Shown piece by piece: positions 11,501-20,053 of a stretch of DNA of 54,485 nt (within the stretch, counting starts at the first letter, position 1; each line of letters starts with the position of its first letter). The notes under the pieces are model-generated. The model searched no databases. It had not been told where the DNA came from and worked only from the letters and a program-made list of their open reading frames with translations. The DNA comes from an uncultured virus (IMG/VR IMGVR_UViG_3300035698_034156) (taxonomy: Duplodnaviria > Heunggongvirae > Uroviricota > Caudoviricetes): the IMG/VR virus record IMGVR_UViG_3300035698_034156, one strand, 5' to 3'. The position numbers and the translations under genes were made by a program.

Positions 11501-14375
11501 GTTTGCAGAAGATGATGGAAGTGGAATGAAGGAAATGGCTTTCTCATGTGATAATGGGTCTTGGAGTTCATGGATTGTTTATAATGTATCTTATTCTTCT
11601 TTTAATATTGAAACAGGAGCAGGTTGTTCAGTTGGAGATGGAGCAACAACAATTTACGCAAAATATAGAGATAACTTTGACCAAGAAAGTTCAAGCGTTA
11701 ACGATTCAACTTATTATGATACATCCGCTCCAGTAACTACTATAACAGATTATAATGGTGGATTGCAAAATACTGACCAAAATATTATTCTAAGTTGCAG
11801 TGACGGAGGAAGTGATTGTGCTACAACTTCTTATCGTATTGACGAAGGTTCATGGTTATCTTTTGACCAGAATATTTTATTTAATACAGACGGCAATTTC
11901 CAGTTAGATTACAATTCAACAGATAATGTGGGCAATGTTGAAATAACTAATACTGTTTGGGTTGCTATATTATACAATTCCACTCCAGAAGTTTGGGTTT
12001 CATCACCTTCTCTTGACGGAAACTATTTAGCGAAAATCCAAAGTATTGTTTTTGATGTGAATGATGCGCAGGGAAACGATGATGTGTTGTTAGCGAGTTT
12101 CTATTATAGTACGAGCGCTGGTGACCATACGACAAGTATTGTGGCGGATGTGAACTTGAATGCGTGGGAGACTACTGCTAATATTACTTGTGATGGGAAC
12201 GCTTGGGCTGTAACAAAAATTTGTCATTATTCTTGGGATACAACAGGATTACCTGACGGAAATTATTACGTGGATGTGAACATTTCGGATGGAACAATTT
12301 CAGCAGAGGATTCTTCCGATAACGATTTTATGACGATTAATCCTGTTACGGTGTTTTCTGATTTGTTTTGGACTAGTTCTGGTGACATTGCATCGTTGTC
12401 TTTTGAAAGAGATTATGATACTGAAATCAGAGCAGATTTTAATATTAGAACTCTTGGAACTATTGATTCGAATTTAATGAAGTGGATGGTTTGGAGCGAA
12501 GAAACTGACGATGTTAATGACTGGAAGTATTCGATGACTACTCCTGACGTGAACGGTTGGAATACTGGTGGAGCTTCGTTTTTTGATTTAACTGATAATA
12601 ACATTGGTAGTGGTGGAGATAATTGGTTTGTTCGATATAACGATATTGTTAGATGCGGTGGAACGGCTGGTTATCCAATTTGTCATTCAAGCACTACTAA
12701 CTGGGCTAATGATACTGTTAATATTGACGATTTGATTGCTAGTAAAGGTAAACCTGTTAAAGTTGGGTTTACTGATACTCACGCTCATGTTGGAAAAATT
12801 ATTTATTCTATTGATGTGAACGTTGTGTTTTTGTCTCATGTTCCAGCAAAGCAAGAAGTTGATTTGTATGATTGTAATTCTTCTTATTCTACTGGGGACG
12901 TTGTAACGAATTCGAATTGTTATTATATTGGTGAAATTAACGCTGATGGTAATGTTAGTTCTACTGGTCAAAGAACATTGTTGTACGAAACTGACGATAG
13001 CGGAAAGCTTGGTTCGGTTGTAACAACTTCTGACAGATTTATCGTGTTTGATTCACAGCATTCAACTTCGCACGGAACCGCTATTAATGCTACGGTTGAC
13101 AGAGATTCTAATACTACTTCGACTTCAACTAATGACGGTGATACGTGGACTGATTATGATGGAACTCCTCAAGTTAGACAAAGATGGATTCATAACGATT
13201 TGACGTATTTTAATTATTATTTAACTTATCATATTTCTGAAACTGGAGAAGATTATAATACTATAATTTACTCTGAGCAAATTCAACCACCTGGGAATAT
13301 TGTTCCAAGTGTTACTGTTTTGCATTTGGTTGGAAACGCTTTCGGTGGGGTTCTTGATATTAATGGTGTGTGTTCTGACGAAAACGTTGATTCTGTCGTT
13401 GTGGATTTGAATTTGTATAACGATGTTGCGATGACTAATATTGGTTCTATTGCTACTGGTGTGTCTTGTGCGGGTGGAACTTTTAGCGTTGATTATGATA
13501 CTACTGCTCATCCAGATGGTAATTATATGGTGTTTGCAACTGTTACTGATGTAGAGGGATTGGATTCGAATGCAACTGCTGGAGAAATAGAATTTAGGAA
13601 TAGACCTGTTGTTGGAGAGTTGCAGTTGTGTGATGGTAGTTGTGCTGTTGCGAAGTCTATTAGTCCAGGAACAGAGTTTACTATTCAAGCAACAGTTATA
13701 GATTTAGGTGATGATATTGATAATTCTGATTTCAATGTAATATTTTATCAGTCATCTGATTCAAATGAATGTTCTGTTGATTGGGATTGTGTGCATAAAA
13801 TTGGAGCTACAGGTGGAACAGCAAATGGTTGTACTCAATCAGGCAATATTTATTGTGTTACAATACCAGCAGGGGATTGGACAACAAAGTTTTTAGCGGG
13901 AGTTTCAGATGTTTATTTATCAGTTAATGATTTGAATGATTTTACTGGGGATGGAAATGAAAGTGTTGGAAATTTAACGATTAATTCAGCAGTAGGACAT
14001 ACTGTTAATGTGGGCGCGGCTTCTTGGAGCAATCTTGTGGCTAATTCAGCTGAGAACGATATTGTTGCTGATTCAAATAGTTATATTTATGTTATTCATA
14101 CAGGGAACGAAGCAACAACTTTGACAGTAACAGGCGGAAATTTAACTGACGGAACAAAGAATCTTTATATGAGTAATCAGAAGTTTTTGAATTCAGATAA
14201 TTATGCTGGTTCAACTGTAATAGATGGAACAGCGCAAGACCCGTTGAGTCCAAGTTCTTTTGAAAGAGGAACTTATCCAAATAATGGGAACGCGGATATT
14301 TGGTATTGGTTAGATGTGCCACAGGGAACAGCATCTGGAAGTTATACTGGAACGGTGGTGTTTTCAACATCTTAA
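5523..14375 (+). CDS. 2950-aa secreted multidomain adhesin (7-blade propeller-like repeats, BspA-like LRRs, Ig repeats, C-terminal pilin-like domain)
   Basis: Signal peptide; 7 FGSEYVFN-type repeats; duplicated module with TWxGCTSLTSMP LRR-like repeats; WVGGTGNWSD motif; 4 EMAFSC repeats; last ~257 aa homologous to the next ORF; no TM anchor. Confidence 0.85.
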   Translation: MNKKILLALTFVFLLCAGQGVFGTDTSFGSEYAFNEVNTAYNSVSALDSTSFVVAFKDDGGADYGIAMIGTTNILDNNVITFGSEYVFNATNTRNIKVSAFDSTSFVVVFRDDGGDDYGIAMIGTVSDTNVITFGSEYVFNSTITDDIYVSALDSSHFVVTFNDDGGDDYGIAMIGTVSDTNVITFGSEYVFNASDTWNPDIAVFDSTHFVVVYRDPGNSSKGTAIIGTVSDWNEIAYGSEYLFNNGFTSFTSVSALDSTSFVVAFRDESAANSGRASIGTVSNVDNIAFGSEYVFNAQSSSEIDVSVLDSSHFVVIYQDYYNAQKGTAIIGNIFSIDEIRYDSNYVFNEIYTDYMSVSALDSSHFVIVYRDNGGDDYGIAMIGTMNYDYDFITTCNWTDTGTYTLHAYRGSDTDIADSVSLFYRKKGDPDWIETTNGEVVIDSNGEWEIGNDWNSSGSNRLTHAYYYNYDINEITSVTMKLFGGTSSGNHFLNQAFRNSYVVSVNNFNFPSDMTIAGNYFMNYAFKGCSKLTSMGNFNLPTEVTIVADDFLDYTWGDCTNLTSMPVGFQIPTGITSAGYSFIARTWSGCSSLTLMPEGFNLPTGLTIANPYFLASTWDGCSGLTSMPAGFDIPSGITSVGAGFFKYTWSSCTSLTSMPVGFQIPTGITSTDDDFLDSTWKSCSSLTSMPVGFQIPTGITGYTGSDFLKDTWNGCTSLVSMPVEFDIPSGLTSVDGDFMEQTWYNCPALNNDDYTKPVTFEFTTGTNTFGGTTPIVADDPIEGTKETPVEIEVNRPLPDYDFIVTSNWTDTGTYTLKAYRGSSTDVVTSYSLFYRKKGDADWIETTNGEVVIDSNGEWEIGNDWNKSGNDALTHSYYGITDINAVTDVYFNETSLGATVGTDFLNSTWYGCSGLTSMPVGFQIPTGITTVGDYFLGSTWYGSGLTSMPVGFQIPTGITTIGNYFMYQTWKDCTSLTSMPALFNLSTGITDAQSHFLYQTWFGCTSLISMPYGFNIPTGITVVDNFWLYRTWSGCTSLETMPALFNLPTGITDFKLFPLNETWNNCTALNNDAYTEPITFEFTTGTDTFGGTCPIVADSPIVGTKETPVLIEVNRPAKYWVGGTGNWSDTAHWSDSSGGAGGEALPTSSDNVIFDTSSSTANAAYTMTVDATANCLDFIMDGPDPVDGAKVTWAGSFTLNIYGDLNLSGGTAGITRTYTGAITFLPATGTSKTVTLNSVVLTGVMNMNGEGTLIFTDKLDITVNKFDHKQGTVTFNDDSSMGQFSSNYSTTRTINLGSGTMELKTSGSAVWTIITTTGLTFNSDSSTIKIVNSGATNVTFWSGNLTFNNLWDASTGVGYTYLYGSGTFNDLKIDANTTFKFGAGKTTTISSLTAIGTSGNEITLTGNTAAGWTISDSTGTNAVEYCDISYSTATGGATWDASDGTSTDSGDNTGWSWPNNAPTLASVDLNAYYGKTGDTIKITASTSADVDSDSLNLYCATSSPASSANSDFCSDVDNASPYSDVSCVGTAVAGDANHTIYCKLYDGTDYSSEYSDIYASDNTAPSVGVTTITGFTTYWNVDTNYIKGTGDIIGGVATDAGSNLNTSSCEYTINGGASWISGSWNTDHCEKTSYVITNTTVYDFNTQISDAVSNTGAGTGTEQYIGDTVAPTGGSIVITDSSGYTTDSTPALTLSASDAGSGMKEMAFSCNNSSWSSWETYDTSFSTFNIETGEGCGAGNGSKTIYVKYRDNLDTESSSTNDTTYLDTTGPTSPSITIVDTDSYTKDTTPSLTLSATDAGSDLKEMAFSCNDSDWSSWETYNVSFTTFNVETGEGCSAGDGAKTVYVKFRDNLDNESASANDSTTLDTIAPINGSIVITDTTGYTTDTTPALTLFAEDAGSGINEMAFSCDNASWSGWETYNVSFTTFNIETGAGCSAGDGAKTIYAKYRDNLDTESSSVNDSTNLDTTAPINGSIVITDTTGYTKDVSPDLTLFAEDDGSGMKEMAFSCDNGSWSSWIVYNVSYSSFNIETGAGCSVGDGATTIYAKYRDNFDQESSSVNDSTYYDTSAPVTTITDYNGGLQNTDQNIILSCSDGGSDCATTSYRIDEGSWLSFDQNILFNTDGNFQLDYNSTDNVGNVEITNTVWVAILYNSTPEVWVSSPSLDGNYLAKIQSIVFDVNDAQGNDDVLLASFYYSTSAGDHTTSIVADVNLNAWETTANITCDGNAWAVTKICHYSWDTTGLPDGNYYVDVNISDGTISAEDSSDNDFMTINPVTVFSDLFWTSSGDIASLSFERDYDTEIRADFNIRTLGTIDSNLMKWMVWSEETDDVNDWKYSMTTPDVNGWNTGGASFFDLTDNNIGSGGDNWFVRYNDIVRCGGTAGYPICHSSTTNWANDTVNIDDLIASKGKPVKVGFTDTHAHVGKIIYSIDVNVVFLSHVPAKQEVDLYDCNSSYSTGDVVTNSNCYYIGEINADGNVSSTGQRTLLYETDDSGKLGSVVTTSDRFIVFDSQHSTSHGTAINATVDRDSNTTSTSTNDGDTWTDYDGTPQVRQRWIHNDLTYFNYYLTYHISETGEDYNTIIYSEQIQPPGNIVPSVTVLHLVGNAFGGVLDINGVCSDENVDSVVVDLNLYNDVAMTNIGSIATGVSCAGGTFSVDYDTTAHPDGNYMVFATVTDVEGLDSNATAGEIEFRNRPVVGELQLCDGSCAVAKSISPGTEFTIQATVIDLGDDIDNSDFNVIFYQSSDSNECSVDWDCVHKIGATGGTANGCTQSGNIYCVTIPAGDWTTKFLAGVSDVYLSVNDLNDFTGDGNESVGNLTINSAVGHTVNVGAASWSNLVANSAENDIVADSNSYIYVIHTGNEATTLTVTGGNLTDGTKNLYMSNQKFLNSDNYAGSTVIDGTAQDPLSPSSFERGTYPNNGNADIWYWLDVPQGTASGSYTGTVVFSTS

Positions 14376-14405
14376 AAAGGTGGTGAAAATTTTAAAGGTG
14401 ATAAA

Positions 14406-15275
14406 ATGAATAAAATATGGAAAATGGTATTATTAATGATTTTTTTAACTCCGTTTGTTTTTGGAGCTGTTAATCTTACGGCTGGAGTTGATAATTCTGC
14501 TCCTGTTGTTGGAGCAATAAGAGTTTGTGATGGAACTTGTGGTTATGGTAAATCTATTAGTCCTGCTACAGCGTTAACCATTGAAGTAACAGTTAATGAT
14601 GATAATAATAATATGGATTGGAGTACAGGTCAGTTGGAAATTTATAAGAACGCTGATTCAAATGATGATTCTGGTGCGGATTGGGACCATATGGTTTTAA
14701 CTGGTTTAACTTATGCTAATGGAAATGGTTGCACAAGGTCTTCTGGTGGTTTCACGGATGTGAATTGTATTACAGTCGATGCAGGAGAATGGACAACAAA
14801 GTTTTTAGCTGGAGATGTAAATATATTTTTCAGGATTAGAGATACAGACGGTTTGTATGACACTAACTCAGGTTCTATATTAACAGTGAATTCGGCAACA
14901 GGAATATCACAAGTAGCTGGAGCTGGTAGTTGGAGTGGTTTAACCGCTAATACGTGGGGAAATGCAATAACAGCTGATTCAAATTCGTATATTCATACAA
15001 TTCATAATGGAAATACGAATGTTAATGTTAATTGCACAGCAACAATTTTGACAGCAGGTGCATATACTATTGATGTTAATAGAGATAGATGGGATTTGGA
15101 TGGAACAGTAGCTTCTACTTCGGAGTTCACTGGTGGTTCAGATTCAGTTCAAGCGACGTGGGGAAGGGGAACAGACCCAACTCCTGCTAGTTTTAATCAT
15201 TATCTTTGGTTAGACACACCGCTTGGAACAAGAGGAGGAAATTATACAGGAACTTTAACTTATAGTTCTTCATAA
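14406..15275 (+). CDS. Secreted putative fimbrial/pilin subunit
   Basis: Signal peptide; mature N-terminus AVNLTAGVDN; ends WLDTPLGTRGGNYTGTLTYSSS (terminal beta-strand pattern of WxL/Csu/TasA-like Ig folds); no anchor. Confidence 0.65.
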   Translation: MNKIWKMVLLMIFLTPFVFGAVNLTAGVDNSAPVVGAIRVCDGTCGYGKSISPATALTIEVTVNDDNNNMDWSTGQLEIYKNADSNDDSGADWDHMVLTGLTYANGNGCTRSSGGFTDVNCITVDAGEWTTKFLAGDVNIFFRIRDTDGLYDTNSGSILTVNSATGISQVAGAGSWSGLTANTWGNAITADSNSYIHTIHNGNTNVNVNCTATILTAGAYTIDVNRDRWDLDGTVASTSEFTGGSDSVQATWGRGTDPTPASFNHYLWLDTPLGTRGGNYTGTLTYSSS

Positions 15276-15289
15276 TTTGAGGTGATTAA

Positions 15290-15463
15290 ATGAAATGTGA
15301 TGTATGTGAAAAAAAGTTAAGAAAAAATTATGGTAAGAGTGGTATAAGATTATGTCGTTCTTGTTCTAAATTACCGTTTAGTTCGGTTTATGAAAGAATT
15401 GGAAATCTTCCTTCACCAAAATCAAAGGTAAAAGTTAAAAAACATAAACGAGGTAAGAAATAA
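15290..15463 (+). CDS. 57-aa basic zinc-finger protein (below the ORF-track cutoff)
   Basis: GAGGTGA RBS; MKCDVC...CRSC...KKHKRGKK; stop overlaps the next ATG. Confidence 0.65.
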   Translation: MKCDVCEKKLRKNYGKSGIRLCRSCSKLPFSSVYERIGNLPSPKSKVKVKKHKRGKK

Positions 15464-16158
15464 TGAATAAGCAGGTTTTTGTCGCCTTTGCCTTGATTTT
15501 GTTAACGGTTTCCGTTTTCGGGAGTAGTATAACTATAGCGTCGAAGGACTATGATGGATTAGATTTAATGGTTGGTGAGACATATTATTTTGATTTTACA
15601 GTGTATAATGAAGGAGAAAACGATACATTATACGGTATTAAAACGATGATAGGAGAGCAGGATACGACTTCCCTCTTTGATGTAGAGTACTCAGAGGAAC
15701 AATTTACTGTTTTAGCTCAAAGTTATAAAAAAGTATGGATTTCACTAGCTCCAAAATTAAGTGTTGGGGAAATAGTAGTAAAAGTTGTAGCGTTTACTAT
15801 TCCAAACAATGAAATTGAAGGTTCTGGTGTAAACATTGTTTTAACAGCAGAAAAAGAACTTATATTGAATTTAACCGAAGTAGAAACAACAACAGAAGGA
15901 TTAGAAAAACCATTTTGGGATTTAACATCAGAAGAACAGGAAAAGATTCTTGAACAAATGAAGTTAGAAGAACAAGGGTTATTAGATAAAGAATTAGAAG
16001 AAGGAGAAAAGGAAGAGGGATTTTTAGGATTTGGTGAATTTAAGTTAAATAACGAAGATATACCAAAAATAGCTGTATTTGTTATTATAGCTGTAGCAAT
16101 ATTGGTTATTTCTTTAACTAAATTGAGGAAAAAGGATAAATATGGTAAATGGAAATAA
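15463..16158 (+). CDS. Membrane-anchored single Ig-fold protein (possible assembly chaperone)
   Basis: Signal peptide, FTVYNEG...VLAQSYKKVWISL beta domain, acidic stalk, C-terminal TM. Confidence 0.65.
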   Translation: MNKQVFVAFALILLTVSVFGSSITIASKDYDGLDLMVGETYYFDFTVYNEGENDTLYGIKTMIGEQDTTSLFDVEYSEEQFTVLAQSYKKVWISLAPKLSVGEIVVKVVAFTIPNNEIEGSGVNIVLTAEKELILNLTEVETTTEGLEKPFWDLTSEEQEKILEQMKLEEQGLLDKELEEGEKEEGFLGFGEFKLNNEDIPKIAVFVIIAVAILVISLTKLRKKDKYGKWK

Positions 16159-18487
16159 AAAACTGTTAATATTATTGTTAATATGCATGTTTTCCAGTGC
16201 TTATTCAGCTGTAAATTTAACGGCTGGAATAGGCAATTCCACTCCAAGAGTAGGATTAAATTATCCAAATGGGTTAGAACTAATCAGTGGTTCAATTGAC
16301 ATAAACGTGTTTTTCGGAGCAGGTGGACTTGGAGGAGATGACAATAATAATTCTATTGACTTAAATATCGGTTTTTCATCAACACCATATGATAATAATA
16401 CAAATATTGTAACCGATTTCAATGTAACTAATTCAGTAAACTGTGTTCGTTATTCGGACGCAACAGAATACTGGGATTGCAATTATACCGTTGACAGTGA
16501 AGGGTTAATTGCTGACGGAAATTGGTACATAAATGTAAAAGTTACTGATGGAACAGATGAAAACTATGCTACTTCATCAGATAATTTTTTAGTGGATAAT
16601 ACTGACCCAGTGTTTACATGGATTTTACCAACAGATGACTTGAACACAAATAACAGAACCATAGAGTTTGATGTGAACAAAGTAGCATTAACATACATTG
16701 ATAGAGATTCAATTTGGATACAATTAACATCAAGTTTAAGCGATAATAATAGCGGAGTATTTAGCAACGCAACTCATTGCACGAACTTTGATGGAAACTA
16801 TCATTGTTCTTATATTGAAACAGATTTAAACGAAAATGTTCTTTACACATTTACACCAACATTTTGTGATATGGCTGGGAATTGTGATTCGAACACAATT
16901 TTAATAGAATTCTGGGCAATAGACGGAAATCTTGACAGTCATAACAGTTCAAGTTATTATTATTTAAGAAACTCTACAATTATAGATTTCAATCTTTACG
17001 CAATAGACCAAAATTGGTTGAATGTTGATTTGAATTATTCTGCAACTAATACGAAGGGAACAGGAACAGTAATAGTTGACATTAATTCATTAGATGCAAT
17101 ATTTACTTGTGATGAAAATGATTATTCTTTGAATAGTTCTTGCAATTATACCTGGGATATTTCATCTGTTCCAGATGGAAACTATTACTTATTATTTGAT
17201 GTAAATAATGGTAAAAATAGTAATTTGTTTGAATCATCAATAGAATTTGTTATTGATAATACAGCTCCAACAATAGAAAATAAACTTCCAATACAAGACG
17301 AAACATATGAAGGAACTTTAGTAAAGTTTGATGTGAATGATTATTCAGGAATTGCAAATATTAGTGTTTATATTAATGGAATTATTTCAACTTCATTTGT
17401 ATTTGGAACTGATTGCACATTAAATGATGGAAATTATTCGTGTAATTATATTGAAAGCGGTTTTACAAAATTAACGCAAAACGAAATAAGAGTTGATGTG
17501 GATGACAGAGCTGGTAATAATTTAAGCCACGCTATTTCCTTTTATGCAGCAGATAGTGGAAGCGGTGTTTCGCCAGGTGGAGGTGGAGGAGATACTCCAA
17601 CAAGTCCAATAGTACAAGATATAGAATATGCTAGTTTCAAAATCACATCTCAATTACTTGAAGAATATCAGGGTTTGCATTTAGCTTTATTAGTAGAAAT
17701 TAAGGCTAATGATTTTAATGGAACTTTAATGGATGTTGATACTCTAACTTTAACTCATTATAATTCTTTTGGGAAACAACTTCAAATTAATGTAATTAAT
17801 GATTTTAAAAAGATACAAACTGGTAAATATTTATATGTGTTTTCTGATGAAATGTCAGTAATTGTAAAAAAGATTGATATTTATGCAAGAAACCCAGCAT
17901 ATACTGATTCAGATGTATTAGAATTAGATTATGTCATGCCAAAAAGTTATGCAGTAATATCGGTAGATTTACCAGAGGAAATAACACCGTTCAAAGAATT
18001 ATATTTTAGTATGAATGTTAAAAACACAGCTTATGTAGATAATGGAATTGAATATGATTGTTGGATTGAAAACGATATTGGTGATGTAATTGGAACTTGT
18101 GATAGTTCATTAATTCAATTAGGAAGTGATGAAACAAGAAAAATAGTTTCATTAGTTGGCTCGTTTGATAAAGGAGATTACACGATGTTTTTAACAGTGT
18201 CAAGCCTTGGTAGTTCCACTGATTTAATAATGAAAAAATTCACTGTTAAAGACGAAGAATATGATAATTCTCTTGGATTAGTTGGTTTGTTTTTCAATCC
18301 ATCTTCTTTCAGTGTTTTTCTTGGTAGTTCTGTTTCCGAGTTCGGTATTGTAGGAAATAACATAAAAATTCATGGTTGGATGATTGTTATTGGAGTCATT
18401 TTTATAGCAATATTATGTGTTTTATACATAGCGTCTTCTAATCAAAAAAAATTATTAAATCATTGGTTAGGTAGTCAAAATGGTTAA
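16142..18487 (+). CDS. Membrane-anchored Ig-repeat protein with N-terminal AVNLTAG strand (putative filament base)
   Basis: Signal peptide; mature N-terminus AVNLTAGIGNSTPRVG; Ig repeats similar to ORF 1..5217; PGGGGG linker; C-terminal TM. Confidence 0.75.
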   Translation: MVNGNKKLLILLLICMFSSAYSAVNLTAGIGNSTPRVGLNYPNGLELISGSIDINVFFGAGGLGGDDNNNSIDLNIGFSSTPYDNNTNIVTDFNVTNSVNCVRYSDATEYWDCNYTVDSEGLIADGNWYINVKVTDGTDENYATSSDNFLVDNTDPVFTWILPTDDLNTNNRTIEFDVNKVALTYIDRDSIWIQLTSSLSDNNSGVFSNATHCTNFDGNYHCSYIETDLNENVLYTFTPTFCDMAGNCDSNTILIEFWAIDGNLDSHNSSSYYYLRNSTIIDFNLYAIDQNWLNVDLNYSATNTKGTGTVIVDINSLDAIFTCDENDYSLNSSCNYTWDISSVPDGNYYLLFDVNNGKNSNLFESSIEFVIDNTAPTIENKLPIQDETYEGTLVKFDVNDYSGIANISVYINGIISTSFVFGTDCTLNDGNYSCNYIESGFTKLTQNEIRVDVDDRAGNNLSHAISFYAADSGSGVSPGGGGGDTPTSPIVQDIEYASFKITSQLLEEYQGLHLALLVEIKANDFNGTLMDVDTLTLTHYNSFGKQLQINVINDFKKIQTGKYLYVFSDEMSVIVKKIDIYARNPAYTDSDVLELDYVMPKSYAVISVDLPEEITPFKELYFSMNVKNTAYVDNGIEYDCWIENDIGDVIGTCDSSLIQLGSDETRKIVSLVGSFDKGDYTMFLTVSSLGSSTDLIMKKFTVKDEEYDNSLGLVGLFFNPSSFSVFLGSSVSEFGIVGNNIKIHGWMIVIGVIFIAILCVLYIASSNQKKLLNHWLGSQNG

Positions 18488-18571
18488 AAAAACGAATATT
18501 TAACCTAAAAAAGGTTTGTTTTTCTATATTTTTCTATACCCTTTATAAATATAGTGTTTAATAAAAGCCTA

Positions 18572-18633
18572 AGAAAGAAGGGTGAAGGCATTGGGAGCCA
18601 CTTTCTATTCTCATTACTTTCCCCTCCTTTTCT
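18572..18633 (+). ncRNA. Candidate small hairpin RNA
   Basis: Long imperfect purine/pyrimidine hairpin starting 30 nt after the first T of TTTATAAA (18542). Confidence 0.4.
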
Positions 18634-18651
18634 CCCTATTTAAAAAATGAG

Positions 18652-18930
18652 ATGAGATTTTTGAATGTTGTTATTAGAGAAAAAGTTTTAGAACGAATTA
18701 TAAAAAATATTTTAAGTAATAAGGAAAATGTAGACGACGCAAAATGTTATTTTTGTGACTCAAGCAAACTTGGTTCATTTTGTAGTATTCACGATAAAAT
18801 AAATGGTGGGTATGTATGGATAAATTTTTGCTGGAGACATGAACCGAAATTAAGTAATAATATAGCAAACGATTTCTATTCCCAGGTTAAAGCTAAAATT
18901 AGGGAAGAAAAAAATTATGTCTATGAATGA
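18652..18930 (+). CDS. Hypothetical protein with Cys/His (zinc-finger-like) motif
   Basis: ORF with CxxC...CxxH. Confidence 0.5.
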   Translation: MRFLNVVIREKVLERIIKNILSNKENVDDAKCYFCDSSKLGSFCSIHDKINGGYVWINFCWRHEPKLSNNIANDFYSQVKAKIREEKNYVYE

Positions 18931-19105
18931 ACAAGCGTGGTGCATAAAACATGGGTATGACCAAACATCAGAACAGCATAAACGCCATAAAAAAGAAAGA
19001 GTGCATCTTGTCATAAAACGGAAAAAAAGAATTAATAAAAAGCAAGGTAAATTTGAAAAAAGTAAGAAAGGAAACAAAGATGTAGAATGGTATCGGTGTT
19101 GTTAA
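18917..19105 (+). CDS. Small basic hypothetical protein
   Basis: ORF coupled to the previous gene. Confidence 0.45.
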   Translation: MSMNEQAWCIKHGYDQTSEQHKRHKKERVHLVIKRKKRINKKQGKFEKSKKGNKDVEWYRCC

Positions 19106-19178
19106 TTTATAATAAGATAGGTATATAATTAATGTAATTAGAAACATTTAAAATACTATATTGAATTTGATGATAAAA

Positions 19179-19862
19179 TTATAATCCATAGTTTCTTTTT
19201 CTATGATTATATTCATCTATTGCTCGAGCTAAATCTTCTTTTTCAAAATTAGCCCATTGCTTCGTTGTAAAATACATTTCTGAATAAGAAGATTGATATG
19301 TTAAAAAACCGCTTAAACGTGTTTCACCAGAAGTTCTAATAATCAAATCAGGTATAACAGGAATTTGAAGATATTTAATAAAAGATTTCGTGTTCAAATC
19401 ATGTCTTTCATTAATTTTATAATGAAAAGCATATTTTTTTATAGCTCTAATAATTTCATCCTGTCCATCATATGCTAAAGCAATGTAAATAGTTTTTTTG
19501 TCATTATGAAGAGTAGATTTTTCTGCTTTTTTAATTAGTTTTTGAATTGATTTACTTAACATTTTTAAGTTACCAACAAACTTTAGTTTAATTCCTTTTT
19601 CTTTTAAATTATTGATTGGTATAGTTTTTAGTTCTCTTTCAAATAATTTCATTAAAACATTGATTTCTTTTTTATCTCGTTTTATGTTTTCCAATGAAAG
19701 AGCATAGAAAACACCGTTTTTAATAAGAGGGTATTGTAAAAGCCAGTCAATAACATCCCACGCTTTTTTGATACCTAAAAGATATGAACTAGAAAATGGT
19801 ATTTTTTCCTTTAAGGCAAATCTTCTGTTTCCATCTGGAACAAAAGCGATAGTTGTAATCAT
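19179..19862 (-). CDS. uppS: cis-prenyltransferase (polyprenyl diphosphate synthase)
   Basis: PDGNRR, YALSLENIKR, PDLIIRTSGETRLSGFL and C-terminal RNYG motifs. Confidence 0.95.
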   Translation of the reverse strand: MITTIAFVPDGNRRFALKEKIPFSSSYLLGIKKAWDVIDWLLQYPLIKNGVFYALSLENIKRDKKEINVLMKLFERELKTIPINNLKEKGIKLKFVGNLKMLSKSIQKLIKKAEKSTLHNDKKTIYIALAYDGQDEIIRAIKKYAFHYKINERHDLNTKSFIKYLQIPVIPDLIIRTSGETRLSGFLTYQSSYSEMYFTTKQWANFEKEDLARAIDEYNHRKRNYGL

Positions 19863-19897
19863 TCAATAATATTAATGCTAATGATATTAATAAAGAG

Positions 19898-19968
19898 TGC
19901 GCAATCAGGGAATCGAACCCTGCCCTAAAGCTTGGAAGGCTTTTGTGCAACCATTACACTAATTACGC
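19898..19968 (-). tRNA. tRNA-Gly(TCC)
   Basis: Cloverleaf: acceptor GCGTAAT/ATTGCGC; AAAGC-CT-TCC-AA-GCTTT; TTCGATT. Confidence 0.92.
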
Positions 19969-19970
19969 TA

Positions 19971-20045
19971 TAACGATGGTTGGATTTGAACCAACGACCT
20001 CTGGGTTATGAGCCCAGCGGGCACTCCTGACTGCCCTACACCGTT
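19971..20045 (-). tRNA. Initiator tRNA-Met(CAT), archaeal type
   Basis: A1-U72; three G-C pairs in the anticodon stem (CTGGG-CT-CAT-AA-CCCAG). Confidence 0.92.
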
Positions 20046-20053
20046 ATGTATAG

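Noticed and set aside
1..14375. Diversity-generating retroelement acting on the adhesin repeats
   Set aside because: No reverse transcriptase in the window; repeat copies are in-frame coding modules differing at all bases, not an adenine-specific template/variable pair.
554..18363. Many short alternate-frame and antisense ORFs inside the giant surface genes
   Set aside because: Shadows of strongly biased coding sequence, with no RBS or recognisable motifs.
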